Source: Vicugna vicugna
Lineage: Eukaryota
Assembly: GCA_013265495.1 (NCBI GenBank)
Contig: MU058153.1
Location: forward strand, 248,001-312,000
Direction of reading: 5' to 3'
Length of the DNA: 64,000 bases
Part shown: positions 26,044 to 38,107 of the stretch, piece by piece
Layout: every line of letters starts with the position of its first letter
How positions within the stretch are numbered: position 1 is the stretch's first letter
Translations under genes and position numbers: made by a program
The notes under the pieces: generated by a model
The model's database searches: none
What the model saw: only the letters and a program-made list of their open reading frames with translations
What the model was told of the DNA's origin: nothing

Positions 26044-28784
26044 ACTTCTTGCTTGGCAAACCACAGTGTTTTCTTCTTTTAGCCCAAAATCCAAATAAAA
26101 ACTGGATTGGTCTTTTTGATCACAGTCGGATCACGTCTCATCCACACACACTTACTTCTACTACTTAAAATACTTGAAAGGGTTCCTAGTACTCTTATTT
26201 AAAACCCGAACATAGCCCCGAAACCCTGCTGAGTCTGGACCCTTGCTCCGTCCTTAGCCCCACATCCCACTCCTATTCTCAACCCACAGTGAACCACTGC
26301 CAGCTACCAAAACACATCGTGCTCACTTCTGAATCACATCTGTCTGAAATGTTCTTTTCCCCTTAGACTGAGAATGTCTGCTATCTTTTATATCTCAGCT
26401 TTAAAGTTATTTTCTTAGGAGACACCTTCATGTCCCATCCCCTAGACTAGGTCTCCACCTTTTGTATGTTCTCCTCACGTTATTTCTCTTTATGTTGTAT
26501 GTCTTATAGAACTCTACATTTATTTGTGTGACTATTGGATCAATACCAGTATCATTCTCCAGACCATGGGAATGTGCCCGTCTCAGGGTGTAGCACCAAC
26601 ACTGGCAAAAGGAGAAGCTAAATAATTGTTCAATAAATGCTGCTGAATGAATGTGGCAAATGTGCTGTCTGGTGTGTGTATATAACCGTGAACGCATCAA
26701 TCACCATCTCTGCCATCACAGAGCCTTGGTCTACAGGGATTCTTGGAAACATCAACTTCTATTTCAGAGCTGGAAATTAAGAATTGATTCAGACAAAAAA
26801 AAAAAAAAAGTTTGGTGCAGGGTAGCAGAATGAGACAAACAGCCAGAGCTCTAGGTAACTGTCTGCTATTCAGCCCCAGTCTGCTTCACTGCAATGAAGG
26901 GGGCTGGGAAACTGTCTTTCCATGACAATACTACTGATTTATGGAAATGTTCAAGAACCAGGACTACTTGTGTATTTCTACCAAAGAGATATTTATTACT
27001 GTCAGTGCAGGGAAATGCATCAAAAACTATTATTCAAAAACCACTTCCCTGGCCAGTTCTATGTTACATGCTGCTGCTCATGTCATAGACATTTGTGTTT
27101 TAAATAAGAGCCTGTTTACTCTTAACACCTTTTGCTGCTGCTCCATAATTTCAAAGCTGGGAAAATCATGGTTACCTAGCTGTATGTCTTCTTGGGAACT
27201 TTTATTTCCAGTGTGTTAGAGAACCACTTGTTTATGAAGCCAAATTCCATACTTCCATTGACATTATATTCTCTTTCAGAACAAAAAGCCTTCTTTAATT
27301 TTGAGCAAAAGTGAAGTTGAGCATCTGGTTAAAATGGGTGATAAAATGCACCTCCCTGGTGAAGGGATTCTATGATTAAATTAGGCCTGAGAATGAGTGA
27401 GCTGATTTCTTCATCTGGTTTTACTGGATTATCATTATAAACAGAATTCAAATCCTGACCCTGTCAGTTGTCAAGTCTTGCCTACCTTGACTTTTTTCTG
27501 GGTTTCTTTTGTCTCAGATCTTTCACTTCACAATAATCCCAGTTCTCTCCCAATTCTCTCAAAGGGGTTAGGATCTCTAATTTGACCATAAATTTGAAGA
27601 TACAGTGTAAATTATCAAACAGGATACATGTCAGCAGTTAGGTCTTCATGCTGTTATGAAATGTTATCTGCCTCATTTCTAGGCATACAGTAAGTATTCC
27701 TTAAATGTTATGTTTTCCTTGATGCTGATCCATCTTTAACCACATCCATGGCATCCTATACTTCAACATAGAATCACAAATCTCACAGCAATTTCCTCAC
27801 TGTCTTCTCACTAGGCAGGAAACACCCTAAGGACAAGGACCTTCCTATTTACACACCTCACTGCCGTCAACGGCTAGCAGAATATCTAGTATATATCAAG
27901 CACTCAATACACATTTGGAGATGAATGCATAAATAGGTAGAACAGAAAATACACACGTGAAAAGGACACTGTCTAAAGAGAATAACATGAAATAGTGTGG
28001 CCAGGAGAGTTATATTTCCTGTTCAATGTTTTAAACTCGGTAAGCCATTAGCATCGATTAATGGGTCTCAACCTTACATGGCTACCCCTATAGAGCTATT
28101 TACCTGTTAGTATCAAATCAGTCCTCTTTCCTTATTTCTATTAACTCATATGCTGTTTCCTTAAATACAACCATTTTCACCGGAGGGATTCAGGAAATGT
28201 AGCACTGTTTAACTGTGACACTGTTTATGTGTAATCACATTTAGCATAGCCTCAGGGAGCCCTCTCTTGCAAGTTCCAGATCCTACGCCAGCTCCCTCTG
28301 AAGTCTTGTAAGTGGGTGTATTGGTATTGCTCCTTCACTTCAGTTTCTCTTTCCTAAAATGCGGATAAGCAGGCTTTTCCCACAGTGCCTTTCTAAGGAC
28401 AAATTAGTGGATGTTTGCAGAGTGCCTTCAAGATGTTAAGTACTCTGGCAGTGCTAAGTGCCCTTACGCTTGAAGCAATGGCTGCGGGTTCCTGTGGGAT
28501 GAAAGCTGCTTGAGAAATGGATTGCAGAACAACGCAGAGGTGGGCGGAGCAACGCTTCTCCCCAGAATGCGGCCGCTTACTCCAAGGAGACAAAGCTGTG
28601 TGAAAACAGTCTAAAATAACTTTCTTTGAAGCAGGTAAATCTTTGAGAGTGTCCATGGCTAGATAAAACCTTCAGGGTCACTCTGAGACAGGAACACAGC
28701 TTCCTTCTTCTGCCCACTTCCCTACAGAATTAGGGGAAAATAAGTGCAGCCATAGCGGAGCTTTGGACTTTTTAAGACCATGGG

Positions 28785-29412
28785 TATTGCCGATAGATCA
28801 GCCCCCATCCCTGATGAGCCGAATAACTCAGAGACAGGGTCTTGGACCTTAGAAGAAAAGAGACAGCCAGAGACAGGGTCTTGGACCTTAGAAGAAAAGA
28901 GACAGCTTTATTACTTTTTCGGGCAAAGGGGACTCACAGCAGGCTAGTGCCTTCAAAACTGTGAGCCCCTCTTGGGGATGGAGTGGGGTGATTATACAGC
29001 CATAGCTCAAATAATAAAGCATGGATAACAATCAACAGAATTACTTTCTCATCAGAAGACTTAGAATGGCGTCATGATATTTCCAAGTGACCAATTCTGG
29101 GGAGGCTAGCTGTTGTCACTTTTTTGATCTGTTTATCATGGAAGCACCCAAGGCATGGTCTTCTTCGTATTTAGACTACTTCGTAGGGTTACAGTTCTGT
29201 GACCTCCCTGGAGAACAACTCAGAAACCAAATATGATTATTGCTTTCGATCACTGGACTAAAGCAGAAACAGTAAAATTAATAGCTTTAGTTTTAACAGT
29301 GGGCCTGGAACTGGGAGTAGCAACCAGTCAGATTAGTCGACTGTTTCAAGGGCAAATAGAAGAATAAGCAATCTGTTAGCCTAAATGTGGCCATTTTAGT
29401 AATCTTCCTTCA
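28785..29412 (-). mobile_element. ERV1-type solo LTR
   Basis: On the - strand it starts TGAAGGAAG, has AATAAA (CTTTATT at about 28906) and ends TCGGCAATA; flanked by near-identical 5-bp ATGGG (28780-84) and AGGGG (29413-17), a candidate TSD. Confidence 0.75.
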
Positions 29413-29959
29413 AGGGGACTTCATTTCCCTCTCTGGATGAAGGCTCTGCCTCATTGCCCACGCGAGACCTCCTTGCCCCGACCTCACCCATCCTCACTTG
29501 GTGTAACTGACGTACGTCTTCCTGGAGCTGTGATGACACGACGAATAAACGAGCAGGCACGAGGGCCTAATGTGCTCCCTCACCTCCTTCCTTCCTGAGT
29601 TTCTGTACTCTGTCCTTCTTCCAAAGACACTACCGAGTTCCTACACTCGTCAGGCACTGTCCGAAGTAGACACTTGAGAGGAAACATAGAAAGAAAGGGG
29701 CTCTTTTCCTCTCCGCTATCCACACACACATCTCGATGTCCAGTTCTCTTCAAAGTGTATGGGCTTCTTCTTAGGCTGAATCATTTTATTCATCTGGCAA
29801 AATCTATCTTTCCACCTATTTTTTTTTTCCACTTACAAACACACTTGGAGAAAAACATAACTTTGCCCTGTCACCTTGGAATTTACGACCATAAGCTGCA
29901 AGTGAGAGCTCGGAACTTCCTGGGAATCCTACTAGCTAATTTTCCTTCTCATTTTCTTC

Positions 29960-31770
29960 TCCTGGTTGGTGCATCTTACCTCTTGTTGCCCTGAGAAAAC
30001 AGAAACAATCATAAGTGAACTATTTTTCCAGCCATTACCAATCTACCACTGATTCTGCATTGGTACCAATACATTTGTCTTCCTTCCTGTTACGGTGAAT
30101 GAACTCCGTATTCTTATCAGGGGTGTTTCTATACTTGTTTACTGGGTTGTACGTTGTCACCTATGCAAAACCTTCGCTTCTGAAAGTAACTGTCCCCCTT
30201 CCTGTGTCATCACAGAATTCTCTGCCGGGTTATGCCCTTCACAATGCGAGCTGACCATGATACGTCTCGTCGAAAAGCAAACAAAACAGAACGCCTAGAA
30301 CCACTGTTCCAAGATGCATTGGCAATTATCTGATCACTTCTCTTCTCCATTTTACAGCAAAACTTCTCAAATGTAGTCTCTGCTAATTGTCTTCTTCACC
30401 TCACATTTTCTCCTGAAACTGCCCTCTGCAGGGTTTCTTCCCTACAACTTCACTGACATGACTTTTAAGAGACCACTATCTTGCTGGGGTCAAATATCAA
30501 ATCTTAGCCTTTGTTGACCTCTCGATGGCATTTTACACAATGAAGGTCCTTCTTGAAACATTTTCTTCATTTTGCTTCTGGGACACAGAAAGCTCCTGAT
30601 TTTCTTTCTACCTTATACAGTTTCTTCTCATTATCCTTAGCTAAGGTTACTTCCTATTCCTGAATGATAAAGGGTAGATGTTCCAGGATCCAGTCTTGGA
30701 ATCCATCTTTCCTTTATCTTCAGTACTCCCTGAGGTGACCTCACCTAATTTCATGGTGTTAAATATCGTCCAAATGCTGAACACACAGCTCCAGCTGCAC
30801 ACCCTCCTCCCCCAAGCTTCAGGCTGCTCACTCCCCAGTCCCTTGCAAGTGTAATGGTCATCTCAAGTGTATCACTTCCAATGCAGGGCTCTTGATTTCT
30901 ACCCCGTGTTTCTCATCCTCAATCTTTCTTATTTCCATAAAGGACACTACCAAGTACTCAGCTATGTGGGCAAAATCCTTAGTGCCGTTTTAAATTCTTG
31001 TCATTTCTTAACTATGTTCCTTTTCCAGTCAATCTGAAAATCCTGTCAGCTTTCTCTTCAAAATGTATCTTGAATCTATTTTTTCCCACTATAATCAAAG
31101 CCACCTTTATCTGTCACTGATACTTGGATGAAGGCCTCGGAACTGACTTACCCTTCTGTTTCCTACGGTCAATGACCCTCAAAACAACCAGAGTGAAAGC
31201 TTAAAATCTGTGGTAGTTCATGCCACTCCTCTCCTGCAAACTCTGCAGTGGCTCTCCAGACTGCCTTGAAAATTAGATATGTATGTTTGAAAATTCCCAT
31301 ATCATCTGGTTCTGGGTATGTCTCCAAGTTTATCTCCTACTGCTTTAGACCTTTGGCACTTCATGTTGTTCTTTCAACACACCATGCTCATTCTTGCCTC
31401 TAAGGTTTGGCATTGTCATTTCACCCGCCTCCAATATTCTTTACTAGGCCAGTCTTCATATGCCTCTTTCCCTTGCTTCACTAGGTCTTTTCTTAAAAGT
31501 CACCTCTTTTGGAAACTCTATGATGATTACATTATCTAAAAACATAACCCTATCAGCAATTCTCCATTGTCTCATGAGGCTATATTTTTATTCATGGCTT
31601 TTATTATGATCCATCATTATATTATAAACCAATCTGTTAATAATACCTTCCTCATAAGAAATAAGGTCCATGATGAAGGAACTTATTTATTTGTAATTTT
31701 ACGTTCATTTATACAGCCACCCAGAACGGCACCTGGAAAGTTGTATGCTCTCAACTAATCCATGAATCTT
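29960..31770 (+). mobile_element. L2 LINE, long degenerate 3' portion
   Basis: L2 ORF2/3' motifs (CTTCTTGAAACATTTTC, GGTGACCTCA, CAGAGTGA...CATGCCACTCCTCT, CCAGAACGGCACCTGG...GCTCTCAACTAAT). Confidence 0.75.
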
Positions 31771-31870
31771 AGCACTTCGTCCCTCTGTTAAGTCAGTCTG
31801 AGAATAACGTCTACGGATAAGCACAGATCAGACTGAATGATCAGACTACACACTCTGCTTGGTCCTTTCA

Positions 31871-32328
31871 ATTTTTTTTTTAACTGAAGTAGTTAATTAT
31901 AATGTGTCAATTTCTGGTGTACAGCACAATGTCCCAGTCATGCATATACATACATATATTCATTTTCATATTTTTTTCATTAAAGGTTATTACATGATAT
32001 TGAACACAGTTCCCTGTGCTATATAGAAGAAACTTTTTTAAAACTATTTTTATATATAGTGGCTAACATTTGTAAATCTCAAACTCCCAAATTTATCCCT
32101 TCCCGCTCCCTTTCCCCAGCAACCATAAGATTGTTTAATGTGTCTGCAAGTCTGTTTCCATTTTGTAGATGAGTTCATAGTGTGCTTTTTTTTTTTTTTG
32201 AGATTCCACATATAAGCCATATCATGTGGTATTTTTCTTTCTCTTTCTGGTTTACTTCACTTCGAATGATTTCTGTAGGTCCATCCATGTTGCTGTAAAT
32301 CGCATTATTTTATTATTTTTTATTTTTT
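31871..32328 (-). mobile_element. LINE-1 3' end, camelid-like lineage-specific subfamily
   Basis: Poly(T), then GTGTCAATTTCTGGTGTACAGCA, AGTTCCCTGTGCTATATAGAAGAAAC, AGATTCCACATATAAG, GGTCCATCCATGTTGCTG. Confidence 0.9.
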
Positions 32329-32334
32329 AAAGCA

Positions 32335-32592
32335 GTTTTTCCAGTATCTTAAGTTTTTAAATTATGTGTTACAACCCATTTAGAGCGTCATAAAAACAAT
32401 TTGGTGACTATGACAAGTATTTTTGAAAAATGAAATAGAACAGCAAATATTGAGATATCACACATAGTAAAAAAAATGTTTCATTCGTTTTATATACTAT
32501 TTGTTTCAGTTATATACATGTGAATAGGTATATTAAATAACGATGATGTAAAAATATTTTTATTGGGGGTTGCACTCAAAAAGAGTTTGAGT
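32335..32592. mobile_element. hAT-Charlie-type MITE remnant
   Basis: ACAACCCATTTAG...AAATGAAATAGAA...GGGGTTGC..TCAAAAAGAGTTTGA. Confidence 0.5.
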
Positions 32593-33545
32593 TTATTTAT
32601 AACAAGATTCCACTGGAGCCGGAGATACATATTTTTTCCTCTTTTCCAAGGTTACAACGAACACAAGCAGCAAGGAGACTCAGATTTTATGAATGCAGTG
32701 TGGTGGTCAATAGCAGAGATTCTGATGTCAAACGACTTTTTAAATTGCTTCCTCTTTTTTTTTTCTGTTCAAAGACAAAAAAGTCTTTGAATTCTCACTG
32801 AACTTGTCCTAAGGTTCCTGTGTGTCATCTTTATACCTTCCCCACATCAACTTTTAAATCCACCTTTTACTCAGAAGGAAATGAGAGTCCCTCAAATCAC
32901 CTTTCCCACCATTCTACCTGTGTTTTGGGAAATGGGTACCTAGGAACCTGCTCTTGTCCATTTGTATCTTTCTGAGTAAGTGTCCGCTGAGGTCTCACGA
33001 AAGAGGCACAACCATGGCTTCCACAGTGCAGTTCTTATGTGGAAAACAAAATTGCTCTACCTGCCAAAAAAAAAAATTCACTTTCTTTTTGGTGCTTTTC
33101 TTTGTTTCTCAGAAATTTGCAGAAGTGAACTCCCTTTCCACATTTCTCAATCAACTCTCTCAAGAATGTCTTTAAGTATTAGCTTCAAATAGAAAGGACA
33201 GGAAAGGAAGATAACAAAGCAAGTTTATGTGGTTTCTATCCTCAAACCTTTAGGGGAACTTTCCAAGATAAATAACTATATTTCCAATAATGCCACAAAA
33301 TTTTACTATTGCCTGAGAGGAAAGGAACACTAACATTTGTTAAACAACCATTCTGCAACAGAACTTCATAATACAATGTAAATTAACCTTGTTTTATTTT
33401 ACCTGCAGAGGTTTGTCTTAATAATGTTTTAAATCAATTGGATTTAGTTGCCAAGATTTAAAAATCAGCAGATTTTACACACAGTCCAGATTGCTGACTT
33501 CTCTGAAGCAATCTGAAGATGTAGTTAGGTAAGACACAGTAGTCT

Positions 33546-33937
33546 TATATTAGTTTGCTAGACACCTGCCATAACAAGATAGCACAGACTGGATGGCTTA
33601 AATAACAGAAATTTACTTTCTCACAGTTCTGAAGGCTAGAAGTCCAAGATCAAGATGTGGGCAGGTTTGGTTTCTTCTGAGGCCTCTCTCCTTGGCTTAC
33701 AATTGGTCACTTTCTCACTGTGTCCCCACATGGTCCTCTCTCTGTCTGTGTATGTGTGTCCTAATCTCTCTTCTCATAAGGACACCAGTTGTATTGGCCT
33801 AAATTCACCATATGACCTAATTTAATCTTAATTACCCTTTAGAAGATTCTATCTCTAAATACAGTCACATTCTGAGGTCCTGGGGGTTAGAAGTCCAGCA
33901 TATAAATTTAGGAGGGGGACACAGTTCAGTCTGTAAT
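33546..33937 (-). mobile_element. MaLR solo LTR (MLT1A-like)
   Basis: GGCTTAAATAACAGAAATTTACTTTCTCACAGTTCTG, ATAAGGACACCAGT, AATACAGTCACATTCTGAGGT. Confidence 0.92.
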
Positions 33938-34351
33938 AATCCTCATGGTAACAATTTACACAGTCTGAGTCATAGAAATCTGATTGAAAAGTCACCGTAA
34001 TCTCCACTGCTCCCTATTGTCTCCCTGAAGCTGGGGCTGAGTTCCAGTAGTCATTTATCATTTGCATGACTTCTTTTGAGTAGATTAAATGCATTTCTTT
34101 AAAAATTATTTGAATTTTCCAACCCAGTTTTAGAATCCCACTGGCCTCCTTTTGAATTCCAGCTTTATCCCTTCTTAGGTAGCTTTGAGAGTGTTGCTTA
34201 AATATCTGAGCCTAAATCTGCATACCTTCAACACAGGACAAAAATTCCCATTATTGTGAAAACAAAGTGATTCAGAGCAAAATCTTAATATATAATCTTC
34301 CTTTCTTTTCCTTGCTTCTATTATTTTAATATGCGTATCAGAATGGTTTGG

Positions 34352-34527
34352 AACAATTTCCTAGAATAGTAAGATCCCCTGAGCAGCAACAGCAGCATCA
34401 CCTGGGAATTTTCTAGAAATTTAAATTCTAAGATTCCATCTCAGACCTACTGAATCAGAAACTGACATGGGGCCCTTCTAAAGCCTTCTAGGTGATTCTA
34501 GACATACCAGATTCTGAGAACTATTGA
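34352..34527. mobile_element. MER5A-type hAT-Charlie MITE
   Basis: CAGCAGCATCACCTGGGAA..TAGAAAT...CAGACCTACTGAATCAGAAACT...AGGTGATTCT. Confidence 0.85.
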
Positions 34528-35859
34528 TTTAGAATGTGAATTCCTGTAGTGAAGTCCTATGACTTCTCACTGGCATCTACATTTTTTTAATAATAAAAAA
34601 AAAATAGATGATAACACCCAGAAATTCTACTTCCACATCTGCAAAATGTTTGCCATGTAAGAACCTATATCATAAATTTTTTTTCTAAATGTTAATCATT
34701 ATATTTATTTTGTTGGTATTAATAATCATTAACTGAAATTAGTGATAAAAGACAACACAAATGAACACTGTAATGAAAATAATTACTTACATAGTTTAAG
34801 ATTGGAAAGAAAAGAACATTTAATCACTTTACTTGGCTTTCCTTGTTAAATGATTCATCAAGTCTCCAAATAGCTGTCATACCTTGAAGAGAGAGAGAGA
34901 GAGACTTAACATACAAGTGACTTATCAAAACTGACAGCAAATGGCATTTTCATTTACATCTGAAAACAGAATAATTCCAGGAGCCCAGACAAATTTAATC
35001 CCTGTCCAATACTGGAGCAGAGGGGAGAAATTTTTAACGAGGGATAATGAAATGCTCTTAGGGATTTGGAAATTTCAGTGGATAGAGACAAATCCTTGTT
35101 CTGAAGGGTCACACTAGTGCCAAGTACAAGGAATGCTGGTCTGAGCTCACCTTCTGTTGCAAAAAAAAAAAAAAAAGGACGAATCTGACAAGGGGAAAAG
35201 ACATAGGCCAGAATTCTGTCACTTTACGTAATGCCCAGCTATTCAGCCTTAGGAGGCAACTCAGCGTCCAGAATAAGGGCTTCAAGCAACTGCTCCCCAA
35301 CTCCACGTGCCATCCAGCTCCATGGGATTGGAAGGCATTAAGGATTTGCTGGTTACATGTTACAGTAGTGTTCTGAAAGCTCCCTTCTCTCTGAGAAGTT
35401 TTAATTTGGAAGAAAAAAGACCAAAAAAGGCACATGGATAGCACAGTACCTGAAGGTAACTCAAAAATAAATTTACTTATAAATTTACTTTACAAAAAGA
35501 ATTATAATTCCTCAACTGATTGGATCTTTACCTCCAGAAAGGCCATAAAATAATTTTTATAACTTTTTTAATTCTTAAAAGTATCCTTTGATGAGCTTTT
35601 ATAGATAATGAAACTGAAGTTGAGGGAGGTTACCTAATGGATTCATAAGTCAACTCAGGCTCTTCTGATTCCAAACGCATATTTCTGAAAACCGTGCCCC
35701 ATGGAGTTAACAGTTGCTGCTAACAGAAAATTCTTGAACTTATCTTACTGGACAACAGATAAGGGAACTGCTTATTAAAACCCCATTCCTTGTAAACTGC
35801 CTTCATCGATTTTTCACTTAGTTTTTTTTTTCTTTTTTCCTCTTTAATTGCAAACCTTC

Positions 35860-36420
35860 ACGGAGAGCAACCGGTTTTTTTTCAGGAATTTGTCGTCAGC
35901 TCCCACACAGCACAGAAGCCTACCGGGTGAAAGCTGGGATTCCCAAACCTAATACTGGGCCTGCGCAGAGAGCCTCAAACTGGGCCTGCGCAGATGTCGG
36001 ATGACTGACGTACTGGCGCTCTGACGTCACAGGGCCGGGAAACACCAGCCTCAGATGCGCTACGGCGTCCATTTTGAATACGCAGACACACGTAAGGCAG
36101 ATACCCAGATGCACCGCAGCGGAACGGCAACTACTTCACCGTTGTCCTAGTCCCAATTCCCTTCCCTCACGCCGGAGACCACCCTGCTTATCCCATAAAT
36201 ATCCCAACCCTCGTCACCTTCAGGGAGGTGGGCCTGAGAATGGTGCTCCCTTTCCTCGCTCCGACGGCTCGTAATAAGCTTCCTGGGCCGTGAATCTCGG
36301 CGTGTCTGCATTGGGCTCACTGAGCCTCGGGCGAATGGACCTGGTTCCGCCATAGCCGTCTCGCCACATGCTCAGAGTTTCATAATTTATAAGGTAACTT
36401 CCCCATATTACCTCGCCTAA
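35860..36420. promoter_or_regulatory. CpG-island promoter (gene not identified; possibly bidirectional)
   Basis: About 35 CpG in about 560 bp by hand count, in an otherwise CpG-poor window; two NRF1-like TGGGCCTGCGCA, CRE TGACGTCA at 36022-29, GGCGT-N4-TTTGAA at 36064-78, YY1-like CCATTTTG, MYB CCGTTG at 36139-44. Confidence 0.8.
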
Positions 36421-37089
36421 GTCTGTGTAAGATTTGTAAATACATACATGTATCTTATATAAAATACAGTTGTATCTATACCTTTTATGTAATGCTGTTT
36501 TAGTGAAATAGTATGTATGTATACACTGTCCCTTAATCACACCTCATATGGTCTGTTTACTAAAGAAACTGTCGTAAAGAAGGTAAGTAGATTTCCCAGG
36601 GTCATCCAGCTAGGAAATTGTGAAACTAAGACTTAACCTAAATTTGTCTGAGTACAGGCATCACGGCTCCCAGTTCACTAAGGGGAAATTAACGAAAGTT
36701 CTCTGGATTTTTAAAAATTCTTAATGAGGTTGGTTTTTATCAATTAGGCTCCAAAATGGAGCCAGTCCAAAATATGAAGGCAGGCAGTAGGTGATGTGTA
36801 TTAAAGCACAGGAGAGGAATGGACTCATGATTGGGACAGGAGAGTCTTAGGTATCTACTGGTGGCAGGAAGATCACATGTGAATAGTTGTCTGGCTTATT
36901 GCTCCACCTGAGCAAATGGAACCCTGGACCAGCATCTTAGTCAGATGCTGACATTTGTAGAGCTGTCAGGTATCAACCTTAAGAATATGAATATCTGAAA
37001 CTGCCTGATGGGGAAATAAAGAGTTGTACATATGTTTACAGACATATGATGCTTTTGCTGTGGACCACATGGAAATAACAGCTGCCTCG

Positions 37090-37690
37090 AGAGATGAGAC
37101 ATGTCTGGTTTTCAAGAGACCTAGGTTCAAGTTCGGATGCTACCTAATGGTAAGTTTCCTTTTCAGTGCCTCCTTTGGGGTATCTATAAAAGTATGTTTA
37201 AAATAATAATAATTACTACTTCCACATATACAGTGCTTAAAATTGGGCAGACACTGTGCTACGTATTTTACACATACTATCAGTTACCTAGATATTAGTG
37301 TGGTCATTTTATACAGGAGAAAACAAGGCTTAGATCAGCTGCTTTGGTCATAGTCACACAGATATAAAGGGGCAGTTAGGGATTTGGACAAATTATAATT
37401 AAGTCCAAAAATTGTCCTTTTAACTACAGGAAGGTTTTTCATCCTTGGCAAGAAATGGAATGAGATGCTGTATCAGGCCTTTGGAGTCAGACAGCTCTTG
37501 GCTAAAACCCTTACTCTTCGATTTGTTAGTTAACCTATCTGTGCCTCAGCTTCCTTTTCTGTAAAATGGGGACACATACAGCACTTCTGACAGGATTATT
37601 GAGAGGATGAGATCATTTCTGTGTCTTAAGTTTTTCATCCCAGTTCCTGTATTCCATAGATATTGCTGTGGCTCTTTTGTTGTTATTAAA
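37090..37690. mobile_element. Cluster of three MIR SINEs (+, -, +)
   Basis: GACCTAGGTTCAAG; ATTTTATACAGGAGAAAAC; TTGGAGTCAGACAG...CTGTGCCTCAGCTTCCTTTTCTGTAAAATGGGGA. Confidence 0.75.
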
Positions 37691-38080
37691 GTTAATGAAT
37701 TTTCATCCAGCCTTGAAAATCTATGATAAGAAGAAGAAAGGGAAGCTTACGGGAATGACCCTGAAGAGTGTGTTTTTAACAATACCTTGATCAGATATCT
37801 AACAGTATCTTAGGTCACAAAATATGGAATTGAAAAAAAAATCTGCAGTAGCTTCTCAGCTACAAAGATGGAAATTAAATCCATGAAGTCAAGGACTGTG
37901 TCTTAACCATCTCTATAACCACAGAATCTTGCAGAGATTCTATTTTATAGTGGTCACTTAAAAAATCATTTAAATTGAATTTGAGGCTTAACTGCAAAGA
38001 AATGACTGGATTTTACAGAAATTTTGAACATGCATTTTTGGATTGAAAATGCAGCTCTCTAATATGAGAGCATTTGGCCT

Positions 38081-38107
38081 TAAACAAACAAACAAACAAA
38101 CAAACAA
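38081..38107. repeat. (AAAC)n microsatellite
   Basis: Visible directly. Confidence 0.95.

Larger units (their letters stand above)
24200..26660 (+). mobile_element. L2 LINE fragments, interrupted by MLT1 and MLT2 LTRs
   Basis: C/T-rich L2 motifs (AAGCCAGAAACCTAGGAGTCAT; 3' end CAATAAATGCTGCTGAATGAATG) on both sides of the LTRs. Confidence 0.7.

Noticed and set aside
35920..36072. - strand ORF MDAVAHLRL... with a strong Kozak context
   Set aside because: Runs through transcription-factor motifs and stops at, or soon after, each splice route I tried; the ATG is explained by the YY1-like motif
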